Source: Octopus vulgaris
Taxonomy: Eukaryota
DNA length: 64,000 bases
Assembly (NCBI GenBank): GCA_951406725.2
Contig: OX597816.1
Location: forward strand, 88,040,001-88,104,000
Direction: 5' to 3'
The notes beneath the pieces are model-generated. The model ran no database searches. It was not told the DNA's origin and worked only from the letters and a program-made list of their open reading frames with translations. This document shows positions 38,325-53,098 of the stretch, one piece after another. Each line of letters starts with the position of its first letter. The stretch's first letter is position 1. The translations under genes and the position numbers were made by a program.

Positions 38325-40344
38325 GTACGTTAATAGTATTTTACTTCAAAGATATACTCTATTACTCTATTAGGGAATATATACTATCAATATTGTATAT
38401 ATATATATATATAGATATGTGTGAACAGCTAGACTATGTATACAATACCTTAGAGGGCAGAAACTAATGCGATTGATCCGTCTCTTTTGTTGACAACGAA
38501 GATATTTTAAACAAAAGTAAAGTTTTTACATTTATCTTTTACACAGTGTTGGCTAAAATTTATAGACACATTGTTCTGAAGTACAGTAGAATATTGAAAT
38601 AAATTACTGTAAACGCTCCAGTAATGCATACATATATTCATACCTGTATATATTTACACATAAACACACACACACGCTCACACATATATGTAGTTGTTTG
38701 TTACTTCCGGTAGACTAATTTTTGTCATATTTTCTTTCGTTCTTGTCGGATTTCTTGTTATTTAGGTGTTTGTGTAACGCGTCATTTCACTTTTCTCATT
38801 CAGTCTCCTTCTTTTCCTATTTTTGTGTATAATTTTATCATTCATTGTTAGTTCTTGTCTACACAAAACTAATTCTGCTTTATATAAGACCAATTATCTG
38901 CTTCGATTTCTCTTATTTACAGCATAACTACGCCAGAAACATATGGCTAAGTTGCTCTCACGCATGTCTGATCTGAACGATAATAGACTAGCCTCTCAAA
39001 TGCCACCGCCATTTCTTTCTCTTAATTCTCTGTGATTTTCAAATATTTTCTCGGAAACTATCAAATTTCGCATCTTCATACACACACACACACACACATA
39101 CACACACAAACACACACATGTAAGTATATATGTATAAATCGTTTTTTCTTGCTATTTATTATTAATATCATGATGTCTTTCAAAATTTTTTTGCGTTGGG
39201 CGTTTATTTATTACGCCATTTTGCTTTCGTATTCATGTCTTCTTTTTCTTTGCTTTTTTCTCTTTTCTTTGTTTATTTTCTTTTTTGTAGTCGTGAAAAA
39301 CAAAAATAGTAAAAATGCATATTTCAAACTTAAAGTGTAGCTGTAAGCTTACTCCATCGAGGTCCGTAATACGCTTGCGAGTGTCCCCGAGGAAGTGACA
39401 TCTATTTTAACCTTAGGTCGACTGATACCATGTTAATGAAACGTTAACAGTACACAAGCGCGCACATGTAACACCCCTGCCATCACACATGACTATACGA
39501 CGGTTTTCTTAAATTTTGCCGTCTACCAAATTCACTCACAGAGTTTTGGTTGTCCCTGAGCTATAGTAAATGACACTTGCCCAAAGTGCCACGCAGTAGA
39601 GCTGAAACCGAAACCATTTGTTTGGGATGCTACTATCTTACCACACGAGCATACCTACGTACAGAACCATGGCTCCGGGAAATGTTATTTATGTTTTTAT
39701 TTGATTGACGACATATACGTTCAGATGAATTTACTTTGATCCGTTTCCATTTGATGCTAACCTATTTTCTCAAATATTCACAGACCTAGTCACGATTTCT
39801 TAGTTTGGTAGAATTTCAGTGACCCCGAAGAGGTGTAAAGCAAAGTTGACTGCAACGAGATCGGAACTGAGAGCGCTGTTAACTGAAAAGTGCTAACGAG
39901 TTTACTAGTTTCATGCCTTTGTAATAAATGCAATTATACAACAAATGTTATCCATGTAAACGGTATTTCTACCAAGATGAACACTACGCTTAAATAGTAA
40001 AAACTTAGCCTTCAATTTGGTTAAATATACACGCACACATGTATAAGCATACACACGCACACACACACACACGCGCGCGCGCACACACACACATGCACAC
40101 ACACACACGCACACACACACACGCACGCACACACAGACACAAACATGAATTTGATAGGAATTTATGGAAAGCTATCGAAATCTTTTCCAAGAAATTACAT
40201 CGTTACGTATTCACCAAAAACTTGTTCATACACGTATACATACATATATAATACACACACACACACACACACACACCATACACATGCATACACACATCCC
40301 GCCTACATATATAATATATATATATATTCTGTCTAATTTAGATA

Positions 40345-40390
<46 letters not shown>

Positions 40391-40856
40391 CTCATACACA
40401 TATATGTAAAGGAGTGTTATATGTAAGTATGAAAGTATGGAACAGACAACTTCTAAATCAGTGAACACATAAATTGCATTTGTAATCAAAATGCAAGATG
40501 CATATTCTCCTGTGAAAATATGAAAACCCACAAAAAAAAAAAAAAATCATCCTACGCAATCAACCCCAAAACTGACACTGAAATATGAACTGAAATATGT
40601 ACCCATATATATATATATATGCATATCACATGCAGTCCTACACTTATATAAACATGTATATTAGCAGGTGTTGTGTATGGATAAGTTTTGTTCTCTTTAT
40701 GGCTTATTGTTCGCGATTCTGCCAATCTCCTGGTGAATGTTATCTCGTCTCCTCGTTGTGAAACTAATTACCAAATTCTTTGAATACGTTAATCTGAAAT
40801 ATTCCCAAGATTGGAACAATAAATTCTAAAGCTGGAACGCAATGCAATACTAATTA

Positions 40857-40917
<61 letters not shown>

Positions 40918-43020
40918 GTATGTATGTATATATGTATATGTATAGATGTATGTTTCTATATATATGTATGTGTATGTCTATCTTCCTGTTTGTCTGTTAG
41001 TCCTACTGCCCACATGTCCATTTATCTATCTAGCTGGGTCTAATATTCTTAGGCACAAATGCGTACACACATGTATATGAAATGTATATATGTTAGTATG
41101 AATATGTATATATATGTATATGTGTGTGTGTGTGTATGTATGTGTAGATGTATGTGTATGTATGTATATATGTATTTTTGTATATATATATATATATATA
41201 TGTATATGCATACATGCATATGTATATATATATATATGTATATATGTATGTATATGTAGGTGTGTACATACGTCTGGTTCAGTATGTATATGAATTTACG
41301 ATGTAATTACATTCACAGGAGTTCATTGGAGTGGTGGCGTTTGTATGCATTCATGTGTGTATATATAAGTGTGTGCTTATGTGCGTGAGTGTGTGTGTAT
41401 GAGTGTGAGTGTATGCGTATGTCTGCAAGAGGCAGAGCTCAACATCGTTTTCTTTGATCTCCCTCATTGATATGGATCCATTCTTATGAATACCATGTTA
41501 TATTTGTTCTCGTCTATACGTACCGCTATAGATACACACATAGACACATATATGTATAATTCTTATAATGCATACATGTATGTAAATATATTCGCTACAT
41601 CTCTATACATACACACTTACATTGTTATGTACAGAATTCATTATTAACGTGGAAGACATTGGGTTTTCTTTATGATATACATAGATCGATTTGAAATCTA
41701 TTCTTCATCACTATAGCATTGTAAATGATTGATGAAATTTAAATTTGAAAAGAATTTTTTTCCATTACCGTCTTATTTGAAGTTTATTTTCATTATACAT
41801 TTTCATTATTAATTTTAATTATTGCTTACCATCTACATTATTATATTTCATTATTCTTTCATAGGTCATAAACAGTTTATTCAACGCTAGCAAGAGAATA
41901 AAATGTTATGTATAGAGTTAAAGAGTTTTAAAGATTAAAATAAAATCTGCGTTCGTTATTTCTCATTGTATTTTATTATAGCCCTTATTTAGCATTTCAA
42001 CTATATATCTCTCACCTATTAAGCTCAAAAGGCAATCTTATGAGTCACACAACAATTTCTTTAGAGTTTATTTTCCTTTATTTCTTAGCAACTTTCTTCC
42101 AATAAATTCCAATTAATTCGCTTGTCTCCTGTCCGGGTCGGACGGAGCAACTTCTCTTTGAAGAAGCGCTCTAACAGTAACGATCCTGTTATTTTGTTTA
42201 TCGAGCACTAATTTACGTCTTCTTCACTATCTTTAAATGCGATTCGAGTGATATTTGCTTGCTATTTCTAGCAGGCCTTTGCAGTCACAGAGAGACTTCC
42301 TTTGTTAGGTCTATAGCTCACTTGCTCAATCAGTGGGAAAGAAAATCATGACATGACATAACATTCTTTTAGTTTTAAACCTGAAGATTAAGTTAAAATT
42401 CACTTGTGTACAGAACAGAAACAAAATGTGTATCTGAACTCTGCCATGTCATCTCTCTCCTCTCTCTCTCCCCCGCTCTTTCTCCCCCTCTCTCTCTTTC
42501 TCTGTATATCTGTATCACCCGCTTCATTATTATCATTTATACAGCTCAATGTCAGTACAAACTAAAAGCGTCCCGACTCCGTTTACGCGGTTTCTCTAAC
42601 AATGATTTGGTGCAGTTAGTTCTATTTAACTCGGATAGAAGATTCTGGCAACGTGCATAACTTCTAAGAATAACATGAAATACTCACTCACACACACAAA
42701 CACACAAGCATACACACACGCATAAACACACACCCATACACACACACACATTTGATTGAGTCAATGCACTGAAACGGTGCGTGATTACCTCACTGAAACA
42801 TGTGTACATAAAGATATAAGAATATACAAACGTTTTCTGCTTTCTTTCTATTTGATGTAGCTCGCACTCTGCATTTTAACAGAGTAGATTTAAATGAATA
42901 GATTTGTATGAGTTTAACTTGAAATGTACGCACAACTAGGGTATGTGCTTTAATGTATACGATTTAATACTGGACCCTAAGCAATCAGATAACATGTTCA
43001 CAGTTGTATATGGTTAATTA

Positions 43021-43535
43021 TCTTATAATAATTCTGCTTGTTCCTCCGTTACTTAGTCCGTCCGTAACTATTCCACGTGATTTGTTCACGGGGAGGGGGA
43101 GGTATGAGTGGGATGAGGAGAAGAGGGAGAGGGAGAAGTGGTGGTGAGTGAAATGGGTAAAAATGTAAAACTAAGTTTCTTTCTCCGTTACTTAGCCCGT
43201 CTGTAACGCTTTCACGCGATTAGTTGAAGGGAAACGTGAAAAGCGAAAGAAAAAGGAGAAAGAAAATGAGGCTAAGGCGAAGTGTGAGAGAGAAAAAAAA
43301 AGCAGTGTGCTGTGTATTAAGTCTATAAAATTATGCATAAAGTATAGAAAATGTGTTTATAAAGTGCATTAAGTAATCATCGTATTCCAATTTCCTTCAC
43401 TTATCAATGGAACGACTATCTTTTGATACAGACACAACACACACTACACTTTAACGTTTTTTTTTTTATAAAGTTTTCAGAAATAATCCAATAGGTTTAC
43501 CTTTAATTCCGTGAAATATTCACGGGTCACACTAG
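43021..43535 (+). mobile_element. Non-autonomous Helitron
   Basis: A|TC 5' end (tcttataata), subterminal hairpin ccgtgaa-ata-ttcacgg at 43509-43525, CTAG|T 3' end, no TSD. Confidence 0.8.
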
Positions 43536-43865
43536 TACTCATAAATATGTATACCCGCACAGACAAACATGCAAACATACAGAGAAAAATATACGTACCA
43601 GTCTATCATTTCAACACAAGTGGTCATTCTATATACTACTTATCAATAACTTAGTGACTGGCATATCCGTAAGAAACGTTCAGCAACGTATCATATATGA
43701 ACATAGAACCATGGCGCCTATAGTTTACAATTAAGGTTTTACATTCCACTCGTCCAATCCTCTTAATACTGTAACTGGATTTTAAATTTTAGCTTGCCTA
43801 CATTCCAGTTTTCTCTCTACCAGACCAGCGCTTGATTTTCGGCCTCTGTACATATTTCCCCTTCG

Positions 43866-44143
43866 CAGGGCCGGATTAAGACCTTTCGGGGTCCTAAGCA
43901 CTGAAAAGATTTTGATGCCCCATAAAAGGTTATGTAATTCAAAATATAAACAATAACAAACCATAAAATAAATTTTTATTTTTCAAAACGAAACTAAACA
44001 GTAAGAAGGGGGAAATAATGTTTATTTTTGTATACTTCCACTTCATTTACACTTGAAAAGTCTCCTCCTACTTCGATCAAATCCTCAAAATTAATCTTAG
44101 ACAACACATCTGCATCTATACTTAGTAGAGATAAAGGCATCCC
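43866..44143 (-). mobile_element. hAT transposon 3' end (TIR + transposase C-terminal remnant)
   Basis: Terminus CAGGGCCGGATTAAG; minus strand LSLLSIDADVLSKINFEDLIE resembles the end of the hAT dimerisation domain. Confidence 0.7.
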
Positions 44144-44770
44144 GAATATTATTTTAGCAAGTTTACAATGATTTTAAAGGGATTTCTTAATATATCAGAA
44201 TATTTCAGCATTATATATGATGCACTCTTGTGCAACACGCACACATAGCCCATCCCCACCACCACCACCATTCACACACACAAACACACACACACAGATA
44301 CACACACACCACACATGCACACACACACCCATGCATACATTTAGAAGGGAGGATTGGTAGTATTTTTGGACAGAATGCCTTGTGGTATTTTCTTCCAACC
44401 ATTTACGTTATCAGTTTGAATACCACCGAGGTCAACTTGACCTCACATCTTTTTGGAAAAATTCAATTTGACTAGCCTATTGACTCACACTCTCTGACGT
44501 CTCTGTTAGAAGCGATTCTATATGTGTGTGTGTGTGTGTGTGTGTGCTTACATATATATATATATATATACATATATATGTATATATATATACATAAATA
44601 TATATGTATATATATATACATAAATATATAGGTATATATATATATATATAAATATATACATATATATGTATATACATGTATATATATAAATATACATACA
44701 TACATAAATATATATATATACACATTATGATATATACACACATATTATATACTCATATATATATACACAG

Positions 44771-44807
<37 letters not shown>

Positions 44808-46008
44808 GTGTATATTGTACATGCACAAACGAACACATATGTTTATATGAGTAGACGGGATCTAAATAATTGACAGAATTTGCACTTAAATTTGTATAAA
44901 ATTCTGCTTTTACTTCATATTGAATTTCACTCTTTATTGCGCCGTTTATTTGGTAACAACTAACTTAGAATGCCACAGAACATAACACAAGGGTAGTGAT
45001 GAAAAAAAGATGCTTATATGAAGAACTAGGTGCAATTATTTCATTTGACATTAATCTCGGTGTGTTTAATTTTCTAGATATTATATCAATTAAGTGTCCT
45101 TACAGTATATCAACAAAAACTCTGAGGAAATTCTTGCTAACTTAAAAATATTGTGGAAAACATTAATATCGCTTTTTTTAGTATTCCATCTATATACTTT
45201 GCATACAAATTCAAGCACATTAACATGTGTACATAAATGTATACATATATGCACCTAACCATACATGTTAGGTGCATATAGGTGCAATAAACATGAATCA
45301 GAACATAAGTATACATACTCATGAAGATCCACACACATCTACATCATACATGCAACTTCATATATAGACACGTGAAAGTTTTCATTTGTGTTCAAATTCA
45401 CTGGTTTTATAGCCGTAAAACGAATTTGCATTGGAAACGGCCTTCCATTTAATGTTGAATGTGCATTATTGTTTTTCACATGCAACATTTTTTTTAGTAC
45501 TATTTTTCCTTTTTTCTGCTTCTTATATTCCTCAATGTTTGTGTATGTTGTTAGTATCGAAATTTGAATAGGTTAGAAACGATTCCAATGCAACACTTTG
45601 AAGAATTTTAGTTCATTACTTGATATCGATGTCTTTTTCGAGACAATTTAACTCTAACAAGCTGTTGTTGGTAATGTTACAATTCTAATTCTGATTATTG
45701 ATATTTGACGTGGGTTTGTTAAATTTTCAGAACCAATACTGGCCATAAAATATTACAGTATCCAGTACAAGACACATTATTCGAAAGCCATAAAATGAAG
45801 TATGATTTATCCATTCTTAACTACGCCTTTTTACAAATAACTTCACATTCTTTGAGTATCTGACACATCTTGGGCTGCTTCTACTTCCTCCCTCAAAATT
45901 CTTCCAGCAGAGGAAAACAGGTGTATATCGGTTAAAGTCGATAATACAATACTACATACATACATACATACATACATACATACATACATACATACATACA
46001 TACATACA

Positions 46009-46039
<31 letters not shown>

Positions 46040-46164
46040 TACACACATACTTATAGACAGACAAATAGACATTCATGCACACACTCACTCGTACACACAC
46101 ACTTACATATACTGGAGGTGCTCGAAGAACTTTTGATTGAGAGATATGTATATATGTATTCTTT

Positions 46165-46435
46165 TCTTTTATTTGTTTCAGTCATTTGATTGCAGCCACG
46201 CTGGAGCACCGCCTTTAGTCGAAAACATCGATCCCAGGACTTACTTTTTGTAAGACTAATACTTATTCTATCATTCTCTGTTGCCGAACCGGTGAGTCAC
46301 GGGGACATAAACACACAAGCATCGGCTGTCAAACGATGGTGGGAGACACAGATATTCTATATATATATATATAGCCTGAATTCTACCAGTAAATAATTGG
46401 GTTTTTTTAAAAGCCTTTATAGAAATTATTTACTC

Positions 46436-46534
<99 letters not shown>

Positions 46535-46925
46535 CAGTTAATCCAAACATGAACAAAGACAAGACACAACAACGCGAGGATGTGGAACAAGTATACTGTT
46601 ATTGGACGTTCAGGAAAGAAAAGAAAGAAGCAGGATTTAACGTTTCGAGCGGAACTCTTCGTCAGAAACATAGAAAAAGGACAGGTCCAAGGAAGGGAAG
46701 ACGGAGAAAGAAAGTCGCCAATGATACATACGCGGTCACATATTGAAAAAAATCATATATAAAGGACGGGCTTCTTTCAGTTTCGTCTACTAAATCGACT
46801 CACAAAGCTTCGGTTGGCCCGAGGCTATAGTAGAAGACACTTTCCCAAGGTGCCACGCAGTGGAACTGAACCCGGAACCATATGGTTGGGAAGTAAATTT
46901 CTTACCACAGCCACGTCTGCACCCA
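46165..46925 (-). mobile_element. SINE family B split by (TA)n and a hammerhead-bearing insert
   Basis: 3' half at 46165-46350, 5' half at 46763-46925; insert at 46536-46750. Confidence 0.8.
46636..46668 (-). ncRNA. Minimal type-I hammerhead motif with intact core
   Basis: Minus strand: TTT-CTGACGA-A-GAGT[tcc]GCTC-GAAA-CG-TT-AAA. Confidence 0.8.
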
Positions 46926-47999
46926 TGTATATACAATTATATTTAATATGTTTGCGTACACTCAGAATTGGAAAGTCCTCTGACGAGGGAATTGTCTCGG
47001 GGGAAATCTGTTTAGTGATATGCATGAAGACACATCACAGAGCTATGAATGACGTCACTGGACAATAGATTTCAATCATTTCTACATCGGTACGCTTCAT
47101 CAGCTACGGACATCGAACTTATCATTCATAGCTCACTAAAAATCAGCCGTTCTTATCTTTAAAGAGCAAATAGTACATTTGCTAATTGGTGAAAACTTTG
47201 TCAAGTTCGAATTAATTAACTAGAGGGGCACAAATCGGTGTTGAGTAGAATAGCCCTGTACAGTTATATCTAGCGTTTTTCTGCAGCGAAGATCTTTTCA
47301 CGTTCGAGTGTATACAAGCATGTTACATGTGATTGTACACACGTATTCTTCAGTTAATTAATTCCAGTTTGACTGGAATAAGTTTTGAGCACATCAACAA
47401 ATGTGTTATCTGCCGTTTAAATATAAGAACCGCTGTTGTTAGAGGGCTGTGAACCACGAACTCAGTGTTCGTAGATGATGAAGTGAAACGGCGCAGACAC
47501 ATGTCCCTACAGCCCGTTGACGTAATTCATAGCTCAGCGATGTGCTTTTACACATATTGTTTATATGGAGGAGTTATCTCTCAAGACAATTCTGTAGCGA
47601 AGGTCTTTCCACGCCCAAGTGTATACGAACGAGTTAACTATAATAGTACCCACTCACGTACGCATACACAAACACACAAACAAACACACACATATATACA
47701 CGCACTCACACATATATGCATTTGTACATCTCGATGTCTTTTCTCCATGTATGTACATGCTTATATGTTTGTGTTTATTTCTGTGTACACGTAATCGTAT
47801 GCATGTGTGCATGTGTGCATATGTGAATTTAGAAGAAGTTCCTCTGGATATCAGTGAGATATGTAAAGGAATAACGAACGAAAGAGAATGACTTGGGTTC
47901 CGACAACTATAGCTTTTCGCATATTTCTTTGTTCTTACGAGCTTTTTTGATTCTTACAATTTCTTCCAAAAGATAATTAGATTTTATGTTTTTGAATTA

Positions 48000-48207
48000 T
48001 CAATAATAATAATTGTCATGATCATCATGATCATGATCATGATCATCATCATTATTATTTCATTATTATTATTATTACTGATGAAAATAAATAACAATAA
48101 TTGTATTATTATTAGTAATAATAATATAAAAATACGAATGATAATCATTCATCTTTTCCTTCTATCTCATCTTCCTTCATTTTCTTTTTTTTCTTCTTCT
48201 TCTTCTT

Positions 48208-48293
<86 letters not shown>

Positions 48294-48328
48294 CATTATT
48301 ATTATTATCATTATTATTATTGTTATTA

Positions 48329-48359
<31 letters not shown>

Positions 48360-48425
48360 ATTATTATTATTATTGTCATCATCCTCTTCCTTATTGTTGT
48401 TGTTGTTGTTGCTGTTGCAGTTGTT
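48000..48425. repeat. Compound (ATCATG)/(ATT)/(CTT)/(GTT) microsatellite
   Basis: Direct observation. Confidence 0.95.
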
Positions 48426-48619
48426 TCTTTAGTATTATAATAGTATGTTAACCTCCTAATCATAGAAGGTAAAGATAAAAATTATTAAAAGGGGAAATAT
48501 TTTTTCATCTTCCCTTCCAGTCTATTTTTGCAGTCATGTCTAAAGCAGGAAGTTAATTAGCCTAAAGCTAATTTGTTAAACTATACATCACACCACATCT
48601 CACTCCGCATAGAACAAAA

Positions 48620-48657
<38 letters not shown>

Positions 48658-48751
48658 ATAATCGTCATATTCTCATGTATTTCTCTGTCTCTCTTCCCTA
48701 TTAATCTGTCCCTGCTTCTCTTCATTTTTTGCCATTCTTATTCTCATTATT

Positions 48752-48945
48752 AAGGCAGTGATCTGGCAGAATAGTTAGCACATCGGACAAAATGCTTAGC
48801 CACATTCCTTCTGTCTTTATGTTCTGGGTTCAAATTCGGCCAAGATCGACTTTGTCTTTCAACCTTTTCGGAATCGATAAGATAAGCACCAGTTGAATAC
48901 TGGGAACGATGTAATTGACTAAGCCACTTACCCAAATTTCAGCCA
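48752..48945 (+). mobile_element. SINE family A
   Basis: aaggcagtgatctggcagaatagttagc...gggttcaaattcggcc. Confidence 0.75.
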
Positions 48946-48954
48946 TTTTTTTTT

Positions 48955-50350
48955 TTAGAATTCTAGCAGAATACAATATGACACTCTGCTCCTGGATGAT
49001 AATACCAATATCTTTTAGCCTCTTTGGTAGCTGTTTGACTGTTGTGTCAAGTGCACCAATCACCACAGGAAAAACGTCATCTCTACCACTATTTTTTCAT
49101 CTTCCTATCTAGATCATGATATTTCCCAATTTACTCAATTTCTTTCAAATACACTCTCATATATAGCATCACTAATCTATGATCTTACATTATTTATTTA
49201 GTTTTTGTCATCTACAATTATATCCAATGTCATCTACAATTATATTCAGTGTGGATTTTCTTTATGGACAAATCTCATAAATCCAGTTCTTTTCATTCAC
49301 TCTCACAGCCTCTGGCTTTAGTTCATACCATTTCTTTCTCAATTTGAACCTAGAAACTTGGTTTACATCCTAAGAAACTCTTTTACAAACACAACTGTAA
49401 CTACGTTAGTATAGTTTTGGTACTGTTTTTATTAACATCAACCGATTTTTCCAGGTAAGTGATAGTAAAACTTGCATCCAATTTTGCTACGGGTTCTACA
49501 TTTACTCACTGAGTGAGTTTTATCAATGTTTGTCTTTATCAAGTTCATTTTAATGGCATGTTCATAAGTGCATATAATTAGCGATTCCGTTCCTTGTTTC
49601 AAGTTTCCATTTGTCAAGCATAACCGGCACTCTTCACTTTCAGCATCGGTCTGTTGCATGAATTGGCCGCATTGATATATAAATATATTTTGAACTACGT
49701 AAACCGTTAAGTAACAGGGACGTAAACACACCCACAACGGTTGTCAAGCACAAACACAATGACACACACTCATGGGAACACGCACACATATACACACACG
49801 CACGCACACATACACTAACATATGTGTGTGTATGTATATTACATATAAATACATACACACAGGCACACACACAAACATACATATAGCAGATTTTCTACAT
49901 TATTGTCTTCAAGCGCATCATCCATATATCCTCTCAGGGAATATACTATACAGGCGACGTTTGTTATTTATATATTAGGAGTTGTAGATATTGTATTCAC
50001 CACATCTAGTGATTACTATCCGCTAACGCTGTCGGTTCTGTTGCACTGTTTAAGCCAGGTTTATGTAAGCAGACCAGAGACAGTTTTTTTTAAAGTTCGC
50101 GAAATTATTGATCAAATAAAAGTCTGTATTTATAGGTTTTGTGTACGGTTAATTTAACTTACGCGTCATCAATCTATCCGTTTCTGTTCTTGATTTTAGA
50201 TGTTCAAAACTTAATCTAGTTTGTGTGAAGATTTTGTCACTGGGACTATAACCGTTTGGTTACCTTTTTTTAATGTTGTTTTGATGATAGTCGACAAAAG
50301 CAAGTCACAGGTTTTCTTGTGAGTTGGAGAGATACTGAATAACATTAATG
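48955..50350 (-). mobile_element. Decayed RLE-type (R4/Dong-like) LINE 3' region
   Basis: LTNGNLKQGTESLII...IKTNIDK...SKCR (cf. LKKETEGxIxAAQ...KCRLC) and PVVIGALDT...LKDIGI...SVILYSARILKK; interrupted by a SINE fragment and (CA)n at about 49690-49885. Confidence 0.75.
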
Positions 50351-51121
50351 ATTACGTTCTGTTCTGCTCCCTTTGTGACATTAATAACTTTATCCCCTTT
50401 CAGCGTGGTAGATAGCGTATTATATGAGGTAATTTATATTTAAGTAGAATTGAGTTTTATAACAGTCTTCTTTGACTAGGCAGTGAAAAACTCTAACAAG
50501 AAAAAAAGAACACTATCAGAAAAAATATATAAATAATAAAAGACGGAATATTGCTTATATAAAAGTTATTCCATTAACAATACTCGTTCTCCAGATTTTC
50601 AGAACATAAAGCGTCAGCACTGACTCATTTGGCCGGACACCAGCATTGTCGACAATATATAACGTTCAGACATCAGTTCTCAATCTCTAAAAGGTAGAAC
50701 AACTTCGAGACAGTAATCAATAGATCACCACTAGAACATAGTAAATGCTTGAGATACAAACATTGGATCTAAGTACAAACTATCAATTTAAAACAGTGCA
50801 GTGCTGGATGACGAAAGAACATCCTAAGCCGTAAGCGTGGTTTATATAGACAATAATCTACAGTCTTACCTTATGCTTTTCAGACAGTAGAAACATCAAC
50901 GTATGTATAAACTACGTGAATGCATGCATGGATAAAAGTATGTGACTATGTGTATGTATTTATGTATGTATGTATGTATGTATGTATGTATGTATGTATG
51001 TATGTATGTATGTATGTATGTATGTATGCATGTATGTATATATGTACTACGTAAAAAACACAGTGTATATATACGAAATTGATGCATGTATGAAATGTGT
51101 GTCTATGCGCAGTGTTATTTG

Positions 51122-51202
<81 letters not shown>

Positions 51203-51773
51203 GTAAGTATACATCTGTGTGTGTCTGTCTGCCTGTTTTTTTTTGTCTATCGAACGACTCGTGTATATATTCTGGCTATTACATAAATACGTATACACAT
51301 ATATGTGTGTGTGAGAGTGTGTGTGTCTGTATGTATATATGTATGTATATTTGTATTTATTTATTTATCAGATATGTATACAACTCCATCTCTACACCAT
51401 TCCCTTCTCTCAGCTTAAATATATGCGTGTGTATGTGTGCGTGTGCGTGTGTGAATGTATGTGCGTGTGTATGTATGCATATATGTATTTATGTATGTAT
51501 ATTTAGCTCCCGATGCGCCTATCAGTTCGTTAATCTCGTTAAATCTACTCATTATTCCTATTCTACATGCGAAGCAAAAGGGATTACTTGAATTCTAAGA
51601 ATCTCACTGTCAGGATTTAACCAGGTTCAAAGTAAGCTTTCTTGAATTTTCCATTTCTTTTTCTTTCCCTCTATTTCTTTCACTTTTATTATACTTTCCG
51701 TTTCTTTTCCTTTCCGTAGACCTATCTATCTACCTACCTACCTACCTACCTACCTACCTACCTACCTACCTAC

Positions 51774-51845
<72 letters not shown>

Positions 51846-52713
51846 CGGTCAGTCAGCCTGTCTATCTGTCTATCTTTCTACCTATCAATCTGTTTATCTA
51901 GCTATCAGTCTATCTATTTACTTATCTATCTACCGTTGCCTACCAGTTTATTTACCTATCTGTCTGTCTATTCGTCTGTCTGTATATCTTGATGTACTTA
52001 TTTGTTCAGTTATCCGCTTGACCCTTCGTATTCTGTATGATTGCTATTTTCTATTTTTAATTATTTGAAGCCTTCTAATTCGTGAGACATTCAACTTTCT
52101 ACAGTCAAGTCTCTTACGAAGCCTATGTTGACCGTATATATAACAAAATTGTGGCCTGTATAGCCGACGATTTAAACTGTTGACAACCTATGCTATCCTT
52201 ATCTACAGACCTATATGATACTCTCTATATATACGATCTTGATGGCCGTATAGTGCTGGTCCATGTCTACATTAGCATATTCGGGCAATCAAGTGGGTGC
52301 CTGCCCGACGATTGGAAATGACTGAGCTGGTTTGTGAGACTTTCGCGCTCACCGAACGTGTATGGATATACAGATGTGCATATGTCTTTGCATATATACA
52401 TACAAGCATACTCACACACAGACACCCAGCCGTTCAAGAATTTGGACCTGGAGATCTCCATTTCCAGCGACTTCGAGGGCCACCTCCCAGTGGTGTCGGG
52501 CGTCAACGAAGATCCCTCGGCAACAACAAGACGACTAAAGTTATTTTTTTTCAAGGTCTGGGGTCTGCCGCCCCTAAGCCCAAGACCATCACCTAATCAC
52601 CCTTACCCGTCTTGCTGCTTAACAACAACAACACAGACACCCACACAGTCACACAGACAGATATTCACGTATGCGCCAATAAAAATACCCCCCCCCCCCC
52701 CATATATATACAC

Positions 52714-53098
52714 GCAAATGAATAACAGCCGATGGATACATGTCAGTTCATTACAGCTGTTTCTTACACATTTTTAATTGATGAATGAGTACATAATATC
52801 ATTGTAAAAAAACCGTATTCATCAGATGATACATATAATTTCAAAACAATATAAGGACACGCCATGTACACAGTGGGAGCAAGCCTATCGCCTATCGAAA
52901 GTGGTCAGCTTCGGCTGGCCGATAGGAGTGTTCCCACTGCATTCATGGAGTATTCTTAAATTGTTTTGAAATTATATGTATCACCTGATGGATACGGGTT
53001 TTGGGAATGATGTAACGTACTCAGTCATCTATCAAAAATGCGTTAGAAACAGTTGTAATGAACTGACATTTACCAATCGTCTGTTATTATTCATCTGC
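52714..53098. repeat. About 385-bp diverged palindrome (fold-back) with a hammerhead-like motif in each arm
   Basis: For example tgatacatataatttcaaaacaat vs attgttttgaaattatatgtatca, and tgtcagttcattaca vs tgtaatgaactgaca; centre at about 52900-52910. Confidence 0.88.
52748..52829 (-). ncRNA. Hammerhead motif with long loop II
   Basis: Minus strand: TCAT-CTGATGA-atacgg...tgtgtaa-GAAA-CAGCTG-TA-ATGA. The opposite arm (52981-53061, +) has CTGATGG...GAAA-CAGTTG-TA. Confidence 0.6.

Noticed and set aside
46976-47075. CTGACGA followed by attgtc...gacaat stem
   Set aside because: No GAAA, palindrome or helix I in the required position.
50470-50820. Possible third GIY-YIG/PLE remnant
   Set aside because: Too decayed to support by eye.
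52260-52620. GC-richer stretch with overlapping ORFs
   Set aside because: No recognisable motif or clear splice signals; probably an unclassified repeat fragment.
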